From positions 196,953,631 to 197,017,630 of the forward strand of contig NC_090375.1 in assembly GCF_036365525.1 (NCBI RefSeq): 64,000 nt of DNA. Direction: 5' to 3'. Source of the DNA: Heterodontus francisci. Its lineage: Eukaryota. The position numbers were made by a program, and so were the translations under genes. Every line of letters begins with the position of its first letter. The stretch's first letter is position 1. The notes under the pieces are model-generated. The model did not search any database. It was given only the letters and a program-made list of their open reading frames with translations, and had not been told where the DNA came from. Shown piece after piece: positions 50,994-63,148 of this stretch.

Positions 50994-51384
50994 GTGAGTT
51001 ATTGTACAATCACTTTGAGAAGCTGAGGTCAATCTTAAATTTCAGAACTCGTCCACTAAAGCACTAACGGGCTCTTGTGTGCTGTGATCATTGACAACCA
51101 CAGGTTTTAATCATCTTCCGAAGAAGGGTCACTGACCCGAAACATTAACTCTGCTTCTCTTTCCACAGATGCTGCCAGACCTGCTGAGTGGTTCAAGCAT
51201 TTCTTGTTTTTATTTCAGATTTCCAGCATCCATAGTATTTTGCTTTTATTTTAATCATCTTGCTGTTTATGTAGAATATGCAAGTGTTGCTCTCCTGATT
51301 GGTGCCATAGCATGATTGACTGACAGCAGCCCCACTTTCCCAGCTTCTCAATGGCCTTGAGCACTGCTTAGAAATCCCGAGACT

Positions 51385-52238
51385 CCTCCATTACTGAAGC
51401 AGTCCGTGTAGAAATGCAGCAAGACCTCGACAATATCCAGGCTTGGGCTGATAATCGGCAAGTAACACATGCGCCACAGAAGTGCCAGGCAATGACCATC
51501 TCCAACAAGAAAGAATGTAACCATCTCCCCTTGACATTCAATGGCATTACCATCGCTGAATCCCCCACTATCAACATCCTGGGGGTTACTATTGACCAGC
51601 AACTCAACTGGAGTAGCCAGATAAATACCGTGGCTACAAGAGTAAGTCAGAGGCTAGGAATCCTGCAGCAAGTAACTCACCTCCTGACTCCCCAAAGCCA
51701 GTCCACCATCTACAAGGCACAGTCAGAAGTGTGATGGAATACTCTCCACTTGCCTGGATGGGTGCAGCTCCAAGAGCACACAAGAAGCTCGACACCATCC
51801 AGGATAAAGTAGCCTGCTTGATTGGCACAAACATTCATTCCCTCCATCACCGACGCACAGTGACAGCAGTGTGTACCATCTACAAGATACACTGCAGCAA
51901 CTCACCAAGGCTCCTTTGACAGCACCTTCCAAACCCGCAACCTCTACCACCTAAAAGGACAAGGGCAGCAAATGGTTGGGAATACCACCACCTGCAAGTT
52001 CTCCTCCAATCCACACACCATCCTGACTTGGAACTATATCGCCATTTCTTTACTGTCGCTGGGTCAAAATCCTGGAACGCCCTTCCGAACAGCACTGTGG
52101 ATATACCTACCCCACATGGACTGCAGCGGTTCAAGAAGGCAGCTCACCACCGCCATCTCAAGGGCAATTAGGGATGGGAAATAAATGCTGGCCTAGCCAG
52201 CGATGCCCACATCCCATGAATGAACATTAAAAAAAAAA
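51385..52238 (+). mobile_element. LINE 3' part (CR1/L2-group, distinct family) with poly-A
   Basis: MQQDLDNIQAWAD..KCQAMTIS..ILGVTID..LNWSS; MEYSPLAWMGA; ends catgaatgaacatt(a)10. Confidence 0.85.
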
Positions 52239-52265
52239 TCCTGAGGTAGGAATTCATCTGGGCCG

Positions 52266-52525
52266 TGTAGTATAAAGATGTGAAGGGTTAATACTGAAGA
52301 CAGAGAGAGAGACCCCTCCTACTGTACGAGCGATGATGTAACAGTCACATGAGATAGGCTTGAGAAGAAGGTGTAGCAGCATGAAGGATGCTATCTTAGG
52401 TGGCTTGTGGAGAGTGTATATAGTAACTGTAAATAATAAAGAGTTGTTTGTTAACCTTTACCGGAGTCTAAGACTTTCTCTAGAACGCCCTACAATGCTG
52501 CTAATACAAACCCAACAACACAACA
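52266..52525 (+). mobile_element. Probable solo LTR (~260 bp)
   Basis: tgtagta...cacaaca, with TATA-like gtatatag and AATAAA at about 52435. Flanks gccg / gctg fit a 4-bp TSD with CpG decay. Confidence 0.55.
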
Positions 52526-52769
52526 GCTGGTGTCGGATTGACTGCCCATTATACACAGCACCTGATGTTCAGTTCCATTGCAGTCAATGGAATTAAACAA
52601 CAGGTGCTGCAAATAACGGGCGGTCAATCCAATATCACATGCTTTATGTCACCACCTGAGATAAATTTCTTAGCTATCTAGCCTGTCGTCTTCACCTAAA
52701 CAACCTTTTCAGTAGTCTCCAGCATTATGGGTTTGAAAGAAGTGTCTCCAAATTCTTCAACACAGCAAT

Positions 52770-53925
52770 GGCCCAGTGTCGAGCCCTCTCACCTCTGATT
52801 TGCAAGGTTGTGGGTTCCAGTCGCACTCCAGAGGCCTGAGCACAAAGTCCAGGCTGACATTACAGCCCAGCACTGAGGGAGTGCTGTACTGTCAGAGGGG
52901 CAGTACTGAGGGAGTGCTGCACTTTCAGAGGGGCAGTACTGAGGGAGTGCTGCACTTTCAGAGGGGCAGTACTGAGGGAGTGCTGTACTGTCAGAGGGGC
53001 AGTACTGAGGGAGTGCTGTACTGTCAGAGGGGCAGTACTGAGGGAGTGCTGTACTGTCAGAGGGGCAGTACTGAGGGAGTGCTGTACTGTCAGAGGGGCA
53101 GTACTGAGGGAGTGCTGTACTGTCAGAGGGGCAGTACTGAGGGAGTGCTGTACTGTCAGAGGGGCAGTACTGAGGGAGTTCTGTACTGTCAGAGGGGCAG
53201 TACTGAGGGAGTGCTGTACTGTCAGAGGGGCAGTACTGAGGGAGTGCTGCACTGTCAGAGGGGCAGTACTGAGGGAGTGCTGCACTGTCAGAGGGGCAGT
53301 ACTGAGGGAGTGCTGCACTGTCAGAGGGGCAGTACTGAGGGACTGCTACACTGTTAGAGGGTCAGTACTGAGGGAGTGCTGTACTGTCAGGATCAGTACT
53401 GAGGAAGTGCTGTGCTGTCAGAGGGGCAGTCCTGAGGGAGTGCTGTACTGTCGAAGGGTCAGTACTGAGAGAGGGCTGCACTGTCGGAGGGTCAGCACTG
53501 AGGGAGTGCTACACTGTCGGAGGGTCAGTACTGAGGGAGTGCTGCACTGTCGGAGGGTCAGTACTGAGGGAGCGTTGCACTGTCGGAGGGGCAGTACTGA
53601 GGGAGCCCTGCACTGTCATGGGTCAGTACTGAGGGAGTGTTGCACTGTTGGAGGTGAGACAGTAAATCGAGGCCCTGTCTGGCCTCTCAGGTGGGAATTA
53701 AATTTCCCCGATGTCCTGGCCAATGTTTAGCCCTCAACCACCATCACTAAAAGATAGATGATCTGGCCCATTGCTGTCTGTGGGATCTTGCTGTGCACAA
53801 TTGGCTACTGAGTTTCCTACATTACAACAGTGACTACATTTCAAAAATACTTAATTGGCTTTGAAGCGCTTTGGGATGTTGAGGGGCTGTGAAAGGCACT
53901 ATAAAAATGCTACTGTTTGTTTCTT
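52770..53925 (+). repeat. DeuSINE-like element with an internal 33-bp tandem expansion (~23 copies, 52870-53650)
   Basis: tRNA-like head (ggttgtgggttccagtcgcactcca), then unit gtactgagggagtgctgtactgtcagaggggca, then Deu-like gagacagtaaatcgaggccctgtctgg and the SINE tail. Confidence 0.8.
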
Positions 53926-55031
53926 TGAGCTTCAAGCGACACTGGAAAGATAGGTTGTGTAAAGATTCTACCCAGAGCCCAAAGCTCTCCCATGATCAGT
54001 CAGGTGAACTGGATTTAGTTAGTGAGACTCTTCAGTAAAGGTGACACTTGTGATGTCCACAATCTGGTTCCCTATTCTGTTATAGGACCCAGTCTGCCAC
54101 AGGCCCAGGTTTTGATGAATGGGTTCACCCAGCCCAGCTGGTGTACACACACACATCCTGCAGTTTCCTCTCTGGGCTGGAATTTGGTTTAGGTGCTGTT
54201 CTCACCTGCTCTCTGTGGCCGACGCATCAGATGCACACACAGAGGAACCCCAGACAAACTGCCACCATCCATAAAGCCAGCAATGAAACTTGGGCTATGC
54301 TGTGTCCAGCACCAAGAGATCCAAAGAGAAATTAAAGGGACAGAAGCTTCCCAAATATCAGAACGAGCAATCCTAGCCTTCAGGTGACACTCTGGGACAA
54401 CAGGAGGCCTCTACAAGGTCCTCCCCATCCATTACTGCCCATTCACAGGGTATATTGAATGGCAGAACAGGCACGAGGGGCTGAATGGCCTCTTGTTGCT
54501 CCTGTGTTCCTATCAGGCAGCCTGCTGCCAGCCATGTGTCAATGACTCAGTGGGTGTGTAGAGCTTTTGCTGAGTGACATCCTCCAGTTAACCCCCAGGT
54601 AATGAATTCCTTCCACACAGTCCCCCTCTTCTCTGAGCAACCCTGATACTGTGTGGCAGAGTGTGTGTGCATAGGGGAGGATAGTGTGGATGTGTCGCGA
54701 AGTGGGGGGGGGGTTGTGGGGGCAAGTATGTGCGCACGCATCTTCCATTCTTTGCAGGTATGTCTGTTCCCTCCCCTTCCCTTTGTTCCTTTCCTATTAA
54801 AGGATAGTTTATCTGTAAGTTCTTACAATTCTGACACTTCCAAACGCCAGCTGCTCCACTCTCCCCAAATGCTGCCCGACCTGCTGAATGTTTCCGACAG
54901 GTTGTCTTTATTTCAGATTTCTGGTTTCTGCCGTTTATTTTGCTTTCTCTTTTTGCACAGTTCACTGGCTGAGCTCACTTCTGAAAGTTGCCAATCTGCA
55001 CCCAGATGTTTTTGTTGTTGATCATTCACAG

Positions 55032-55264
55032 GAAGGTAAATCCCTCCGACTGTGTTGACATGGTCTGTGACGCCAAGAAGAAGACGCTCCTGAAAGATCT
55101 CGATGGCTCGTTCCTGGGAGACGTTGGAGCAGTCGTCCCTCAGTCAGAGTATGAATGGGATGGCGACAGTCACCATGGGACTGGGGATTATCGAATTCCA
55201 AAAACCTTGCTGACATATTTAAACGGCAGTCGCATTCCTGTCTCGCAGATTGCACCACACAAAG
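55032..55264 (+). CDS. PKHD1L1: PKHD1L1 exon
   Basis: attcacag|G...AAAG|gtttgg. KVNPSDCVDMVCDAKKKTLLKDLDGSFLG...GDYRIPK...APHK. Confidence 0.94.
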
Positions 55265-55889
55265 GTTTGGAACTGAATCTTTATTGACAATATGCCCTGT
55301 GTGATTTGCTATTTAAGTCGAACTTTGGTGTATTAATGAAGAGTGGGCAGAAGTTGAATGATGAACGATTTGGGGAGGAATGAAGAGGGAGGAGAGAGAA
55401 ACAGAGTTAGCGTTTCACATTAATGACCTTTCATCAGGATTCTGACAAAAGTTCAGTGACCTGAAATGTTAACTCTGCTTCTCTCTCCACAGATGCTGCC
55501 CAGACCTGCTGAGTATTTCCAGCACTTTCTGTTTTTCCTTCAGATTTCCAGCATCCACAGTATTTTGCTTTTGGAGGGGAGTTGGGGTTTTTGGAGAGTT
55601 TAGGGCAGCAAATGTGGATCACAGGAGAGGATGCGGGGAGGTGGAATTCTCTGGTCATGAAGAAAGTAACAAGTTGTGAATTGGTGTTGATTGGCAGTGA
55701 ATTAGCAAGCTATTTCACATTCTGCCCCATTACCTGTGCATTGGAAGTCACTGGTCTGATTTGAGTTGTAACAATTCTCCAGCAACAATACAGTGGGATA
55801 ATTGTTTGCTCTGACCCAATGAATGAAGCAACAGCATCAGAGGTGAAATATTATATCCAGGGAATCTCAGCAAGGGTATTTACAGGGAT

Positions 55890-56295
55890 CTGAACAAAGC
55901 TGAACTAAGGAGAGACTGGAGAAGCTGGGATTGTTCTCCTTGGAGAAGAGAAGGCTAAGAGGAGATACAATAGAGGTGTTCAAGTTTATGAGGAGTATTA
56001 GGGCACATGAGAAACTGTTTCCAGTGGCAGGAGGGTCGGTAACCAGTGGATGCAGTTTTAAGATCATTGGCAAGAGAACCAGAGGGGGAGATGAGGAGAT
56101 TGGTTTTTACACAGTGAGTTGTTGTGATCTGGAATGCGCTGCCTGAAAGGGCAGTGGAAGCAGATTCAATAGTAACTTTAAAAAAGGAACTGGATAAATA
56201 CTTAATGGGGAGAAAATTTGTAGGGCAATGGGGAAAGAGCAGGGGAGTGGGACTAATTGGATAGATCTTTCAAAGAGCCAGCACAGGCACAATGG
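55890..56295 (+). mobile_element. CR1 3' fragment; its tail is displaced to ~56965-57010 by a GC-rich MITE-like insert (~56295-56965)
   Basis: FSLEKRRLRGDTIEVFK; ...cagcacaggcacaatggg [insert] aatgggctgaatggcctccttctgtgctgtaa. Confidence 0.7.
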
Positions 56296-57160
56296 GTTGC
56301 GTTTTATGGGCCCCCCAGGGATGGGAACAAAGGCGGCGGGTGGGGGCGGCCATAACATTGTGTGGGAAGGCAGGGGGTGGAATGCCCATCGCCTTCCCAA
56401 TGCCTTCGAATTTAATCCTGGACAGGGTAGGCCGAGCACGGCGTTCCTACCCCAGGCCAATTGCGGCCCTTAAGTGGCATGTGACCACTTAAGGGCCTCT
56501 TCCCACCTCCACTCCAATTTTATTGAAGGCGGAGGGGCCCGTAGCTACCTATCGGAATCAAAGTTTCCCTCCTTTTGGGGAAAACCAGGGCCCCCAGAGG
56601 GCCCCCACGGAGGCAATGGCTGCAGCCCCAGGAAGATCCTATTCCCATTCCCACTAACACCCCACCACCCACCCCCTTCCCCCACTCCATCTGCGAGGTC
56701 TGTCTGCATGTCCCCGGCGACTCCGACCACTCTCCTGTCCTGGGGTCTCCAACATCCTCGATGCTGCAGGGTCTCCTGCAGTACCGGCAGTGGCCACCAT
56801 TTCCATTGATGCTGCCTGTACTGCAGAGGTGCCAGCCTTCCGATTGGCTGGAGGCTCTGTAGGTGGGAGCTCATCCCTTAAAGGGTCAGCGTCCTCAACA
56901 GCAGGCAGTTAATTGCCTGCCTGCCATGAAATTGCACAGGGGGTCCAACAGAGGGCCAAGTCCACCCAATGGGCTGAATGGCCTCCTTCTGTGCTGTAAA
57001 ATTGTATGATCCCTGTGTAAAGGGGACAAACTGCTGCAGCTGTGATTGAGGTAAAGGTGAATGATATTTAAATGAGACAGGCTGATTCTGTTTCTGACAC
57101 ATTCCTTTAAGGTGACCATCTTTAATAGTATGACATTACCACTCATTCTTTTTCCCACAG

Positions 57161-57328
57161 GGATCATCCGAGATTCCACCTGTATCTACATGTCTGACTG
57201 GCAAAGCTACAAATGCTTTGGGCTAAATTACGAAATGCTGGTTATTGAAAGTCTGGATCCTGATACAGAGACCAGGAGGTTGTCCCCAGTGGCTCTGCTC
57301 TCAGGGGGTTATCTCGACCTTATTAATG
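57161..57328 (+). CDS. PKHD1L1: PKHD1L1 exon
   Basis: tttcccacag|GG...AATG|gtacgt. GIIRDSTC...MLVIESLDPDTETRRLSPVA...YLDLIN. Confidence 0.94.
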
Positions 57329-57404
57329 GTACGTAACACTTTCAACTTCACCTCCCTGGTATTGCACGAAGCAACAGAATATCTGGACTGAAGGAGCAAA
57401 GTAA

Positions 57405-58528
57405 GATTGGCATCCATCTTCAGCCAGAAATGCCGAGTCGATCCATCTCGGCCTCCTCCTGAAGTCCCCAGCATCACAGATGCCAGTCTTCAGCCAGTCC
57501 GATTCACTCCACGTGATATCAAGAAATAGCTGAAGGCACTGGATACTGCAAAAGCTATGGGCCCTGACAATATTCCAGCAATAGTACTGAAGACTTGTGC
57601 TCCAGAACTTGCCGCGCCCCTAGCCAAGCTGTTCTAGTACAGCTACAATACTGGCATCTACCCTGTAAATTGCCCAGGTATACCCTGTACACAAACAGCA
57701 GGACAAATCCAACCCGGCCAATTAGCACCCTATCAGTCCACTCTCAATCATCAGTAAAGTGATGAAAAGGGTCATCAACAGTGCTATCAAGCAGCACTTG
57801 CTTAACAATAACCTGCTCAGTGACGCTCCGTTTGGGTTCCTCCAGGGCCACTCAGCTCCTGACCTCATTACAGCCTTGGTTCAAACATGGACAAAAGAGC
57901 TGAACTAAAGAGATGAGGTGAGAGTGACTGTCCTTGATATCAAGGCAGCATTTGACCGAGTCTGGCATCAAGGAACCCTAGCAAAACTGGAGTCAAAGGG
58001 AATCAGGGGGGAAACTCTCCACTGATTGGAGTCATATCTAGCATAAAGGAAGATGGTTGTTGGTGGTCAACCATCTCAGCTCCAGGACATCACTGCAGGA
58101 GTTCCTCAGGGTAGTGTCCCAGGCCCAACCATCTTCAGCTGCTTCATCAATGACCTTCCCTCCATCATAAGGTCAGAAGTGGGGATGTTCGGTGATGATT
58201 GCACAATGTTGAGCACCATCCGTGACTTTCAGATACTGAAGCAGTCCATGTAGAAATGCAGCAAGACCTGGACAATATCCAGGCTTGGGCTGATGAGTGG
58301 TAAGTAACATTCGCGCCACACAAGTGCCAGGCAATGACCATCTCCGACAAGAGAGAATCTAACCATCTCCCCTTGACTTTCAACGGCATTACCATCGCTG
58401 AATCCCCCACTATCAACATCCTGGGGGTTACCATTGACCAGAAACTGAACTGGAGCAACCACATAAATACTGTGGCTACAAGAGCAGGTCAGAGGCTGGG
58501 AATTCTGTGGTGAGTAACTCACCTCCTG
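57405..58528 (+). mobile_element. LINE RT fragment (same family as 51385)
   Basis: GVPQGSVPGPTIFSCFINDLP..MFGDDC; near-identical to the 51400-51690 segment. Confidence 0.85.
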
Positions 58529-58824
58529 TAATCCGCACTACTTGGCTTGTGTATTCGTGGCACCAGATGTTTTTTCCTGTCACTTTCGCTCATTGTTGAG
58601 CCTTTAACAGCCACTGATCTGATCTAAAGCCACTTCATCCAGAATTGCTAGTTGGTAGGGAAGACAATGTATTCAACACAAGCTTTAATGGGCAGCCTGT
58701 CTAGTCTTATTGATGATTACATCAGGCTAAGGAGACTGTTATAACCTTCATTCTACATTTTGCCCTAATAAGCTTTCATGGAGGAGTGATTATATAACAG
58801 CATCATTACAAAGATTCACATACG

Positions 58825-61800
58825 AGCATACAAATTAGGAGCAGGAGTAGGCCATTCAGCCCCTCGAGCCTGCTCCATCATTTGATAAGATCATGGCTGA
58901 TCTGATTGTGGCCTCAGCTCCACTTTCCTGTCTGCCCCCCATAACATTTGACTCCCTTGTCTATCAAGAATCTATTTAGCTCATCCTTGAATATATTCAA
59001 GGCTGCGTTTGCTGACAATGTAAACACTAGGTGGCGCAGTACTTGCACATGTGCAAATGCAGGCTCTTCAACTGGAACGTTCAGGCAGCTGCCAGGATTA
59101 AAGATGGTGCTGCTCAATTTATCACAAGAAATGCTCATGGCTAGATCATTCTAACAAACTAACCTTACATTAAGTTGGATGGAAGCCCATTAATAGGCTA
59201 CTATGTAGTTATGTAGTTACTAATTGTAATCCTCAGATCCATTTAATATTCCAGTAATCCTATTTAATACAAAAGTAATTTTATGATTGAATTTCCATTG
59301 GAAGATAGTCAATTGGCACCCCAATCGATGGAAAAGAAAATCGGGCAACACATAAAATGTGCTGCCAATTCGTTATTGTGATTCATTTATATGACTGACC
59401 AGGACTGATTTCACCCAAACGCAGCTACTAGCTCCTGCCCCACTGGCTACTCTCCCCCTCGGCAACATACTTTCTCCCCCTCCTCCCCACCGGCCATTCC
59501 CCCTCTCCCACCACCACCCTCCAGCCGCTTGCTCCAGACCTCGCCACTCCCCCCTCAACCTCCCTGGCCGATTGCTCCCCGCTCGTGCCACCCCGCTCTC
59601 CGGTTGGTCGCCCCCCCACCCCCAGCCGCTAGTTATAGGCGGCGCCACTTCCCACCTCTCGGCCACTCACTCCCATGTTTGATCATTCTCCACGCGCTGC
59701 CTGAAGAAGCAAGGTGGGCCACAAGGGGTGATGGAATGACGTAGGAGCGACTGGCTGAGAGGAGGGAAGCAGCGCAGCCTAGAGCTAGCAGCTGAGGGGG
59801 GGGGGGGGAGGAGGGCGAAGCGGGAGCGAACGGCTGGAGAGCGGGGTGGCACAAAGCAAGGAACAGTCAGTCACGGGAGGGGCAGCGATGTCTGGAGTGA
59901 GCGGCTGAGGGAGGGGGAAACGTCGAGGCCTGGAGCTAGTTGCCGAGTGGGGAGAGCGCCAGCCTCAAAGTCTCCCATTCAGCTGCTTCCTCCAGCCGAG
60001 TGCTGGTTATCCAATGACGCATTATCATGCATGCGCGAAGATGGAGCGGGCGCAGATACGTGATGACGTCATCCTGTGCATGCGCATATTAGTCCTGGCA
60101 AGATGTAGCTCCGCATCTGCACAGCTTGGCGCACTCTGATGACATCAGCAGGCCGCTGCGTTGTCAGGAGTCACCTTTTATATTCAATAACCCAGCCTCC
60201 ACTGCTCTCTGAGGAAGAGAATTCTACAGACTAACGATTCCCTCAGAGAAAATATTCTCCTCAGCTGCGTATTAAATGGGAGACTCTTTATTTTAATACA
60301 ATGACCCGTAGTTCTAGTCTCTCCCATAAGAGGAAAGATCCAGCAACCCCCCCTGTCAAGTCCCCTCAGGATCTTTTATGTTTCAATAAGATCACCTCTC
60401 ATTCTTCTAAACTCCGATAGATACAGGCCCAACCTGTCCAACCTTTCCTCATAAGATAACCCCCTCATCTCGGGTATCAGTCAAGTGAACCTTCTCTGAA
60501 TTGCTTCCATTGTAATTTTATCCTTTCTTAAGTAGGGAGACCAAAACTGTACACAGTACTCCAGATGTGGCCTCACTAAGGCCCTGGACAGTTGTAGCAC
60601 ACATCCCTACTTTATATTCTGTTTCCCTTGCAATAAATAACAACACTCCATTTACCTTCCTAATCACTTGCTGTACCTGCATACTAACTTTTTGTGAATC
60701 ATGTACTGGGACACCCAAATCCCTCTGTACCATACAGTTCTGCAATCTCTCTCCATTTAAATAATATTCTGTTTTTCTATTCTTCCTGCCAAAGTGGACA
60801 AGTTCACATTTTGCCACATTATACTCCATCTGCCAAATTTTTGCCCATTCACTTAACCTAACTTATATCCCTTTGTGGACTCTTTATGTCCTCTTGACGA
60901 CTTGTCTTCCTGCCTAAGTTTGTGTCATCTGCAAATTTAGCACCATACATTCGGTCCTTTCATCAAAGTCATTGATGTATAGGATCATAGAATGATGTAG
61001 ATTGTAAATAGTTAAGGTCCCAGTACTGACCCCATTGGCTCTCCTTTAGTCACATCCTGCCATCCTGCCAACCCAAAAATGACCCATTTATTCCTGTTAG
61101 CTAACCAATCCTCTATCCATACTAATATGTTACCCCCTACACCATGAGCTCTTATTTTGTGCAGTAACTTTTGATGTGGCACCTTATCAAATGCCTTTTA
61201 GAAATCCAAGTACACCACATCTGTAGGTCCCCCTTATCCACATTGCTTGTTACTTCCTCAAAAAACTCTAATAAATTAGTCAAACACGATTTCCCTTTCA
61301 CAAAACCATGTTGACTCTGTCTGATCCCATTATGGTTTTCTAAGTATCCTGCTATAACCTCCTTAATAATGGATTCTAGATGTTAGGCTAACTGGCCTAT
61401 AGTTTCCTGCTTTCCGTCTTTCTTGAATAGAGGTGTTACATTAGCTATTTTCCAATCTGCTGAGACCCTTCCAGACTCTAGGGAATTTTGGAAAACCACA
61501 ACCCATGCATCTACTATCTTTGCAGCCACTTCTTTTAAGACCCTAGGATGCAGGCCATCAGGACCTGGGGACTTGTCAGCTTTTATGTCTAATAGTTTTC
61601 CCAATACCTTTTCCCTGGTGATGGTGATTGTTTTAAGTTCTTCCCTCCCTTTTACCTTTTGTTTTTCAATTATCTTTGGGATTTTGTTTTGTCTTCTACA
61701 GCAAAGAATGACACAAAATTCCTGTTCAATGCCTGCACCCTTTCCTTGTTTTCCATTATTAATTCCCCAGACTCCCTCTCGCGAAGGCTAACACTCACTT

Positions 61801-62410
61801 TAGTTACTCTTTTCCTATTTAAATACTTGTAGAAACTCTTACTGTTTTTATATTTCGAGCAAGCTTTCTCTCGAACTCTAATTTCTCCCTTTTTTCTGGT
61901 TTTTAAAATCTGTTCCTCAACAGTCCTGAGCAGATGTCCTGAACCCTGGCACCAGGCTGGCAACACAGCCTTCTGGACACTTGCTCTTGGCCACAGAGAA
62001 CAGTGTCCATCTCACGACGATACTGTCCCCTACTACCACTACATTCCTATTTACTCCCCTGCTTGAATGGTTTTCTGTACTATAGTGCCATGGTCAGTTC
62101 ACTCACCCACCCTGCAGCCCCTGCTCTCATCCATACAAACTGGAAAAACCTCAAACCAGTTGGACAATTGCAAGAGCTGAGGCTCCTCCATTTTTGCCTT
62201 CTCGTTCCCCTAACCTGCCTCACTCGCAATTACATCCTCCTGTCCCTGACCACTGACCAAATCAGAAGAGCCTATCCTGAGGGTGTGACTGCCTCTGGAA
62301 CAAGGTGTCCAGGTAACGTCCCCCCACCTCCCTCCATGATGCATCGCAGTGTCTGTAGCTCAGCCTCCAGCACATAAACTCTGAGCCGAAACTCTGCGAG
62401 CTGCAAACTG
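58825..62410 (-). mobile_element. Degraded CR1 LINE interrupted by a DNA-transposon-like insert
   Basis: Minus-strand KSPGPDGLHPRVLKE, WKIANVTPLFKK, MEYNVAKCELVHFGRKN; ORF1 remnants at about 61930-62400; tail at about 58830. Confidence 0.85.
58999..60177. mobile_element. Non-autonomous hAT-like DNA element (8-bp TSD)
   Basis: Flanks atatattc (58991-58998) and ttatattc (60178-60185). Imperfect TIRs aagg..ctgacaatg / cgttgtcag..cctt. Removing it restores the CR1 sequence. Confidence 0.7.
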
Positions 62411-62990
62411 TGTTTCAAACAGTGTTTTAATAGGTCCTGTAATAAGTTTGCACTAATATCTCATACCCTTTCTCATTGTTACATTTCCCTTCACGTTCCC
62501 AGAAATTACTGCACCCAGGAAAATCCCAAGGGCAGCAACCTTTTTAAAGCTTTGGGATGCGGAATCATATTAAATTAGTTTGGGTTATGCAGATCCTGGT
62601 TTTCCCAAAGGATGTTGATCCACAGGGACAATATTGGCCAAACTGGGCATTAATGAGTTTGGGAATATCATCCTGAGTGATGCCAGTTATGGTTAATTGC
62701 CTCACTAATGCTGGTGGTATTTGGATAATGGCCCATTATTGGAGCAGAGTGCAAGCAGCTTTACTCTGTTCAACTTACTGTGTTACTGTCTCACCTTGAT
62801 AAACATAAATTGGAATAAAATCAAAATGTGGGGCTTACTGAATGATTCATTCTGCCAACTGGGGGGTTCAAATTCTGCTCTTAACCAAAGGAGGAGTGCC
62901 AGTGTGTCAGTGCGATTGATTGAATCCCAATACTGTTTTAAACGTGTAGCTTGGCACTGTGAAATACTTAGCTTATTTTTACTGTATCAG

Positions 62991-63148
62991 GCCCACAGGA
63001 TCACGGCTGGTGTGCTGGGTATACGTGTCAGAAAAGAATCTCGCTCTTCTATGGAATTGTGGCAACTAATAAGTCGTATGATCTGTACTTCACCAGTACC
63101 AGCCCTCAGAACCAGCGCCTACTGCTTCTCAACACTGATGACAGCAAA
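62991..63148 (+). CDS. PKHD1L1: PKHD1L1 exon (last in window)
   Basis: actgtatcag|GC...AGCAAA|gtaaga. GPQDHGWCAGYTCQKRISLFYGIVA...FTSTSPQNQRLLLLN. Confidence 0.93.

Larger units (their letters stand above)
3746..63148 (+). other. PKHD1L1: PKHD1L1 (fibrocystin-L) gene span: internal part, 23 coding exons
   Basis: Manually spliced exons keep frame at every junction. The protein matches fibrocystin-L as recalled (HAGQAFRLGRYPIHWH, PAAFWVTNP, G8-like WSNSSFW..VP..GDSVVIP.G.WLVVD, LAADIGLLSRNIKI, KVNPSDCVDMVCDAK, GPQDHGWCAGYTCQKR). Recognised from knowledge of the family, not by search. Confidence 0.93.
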
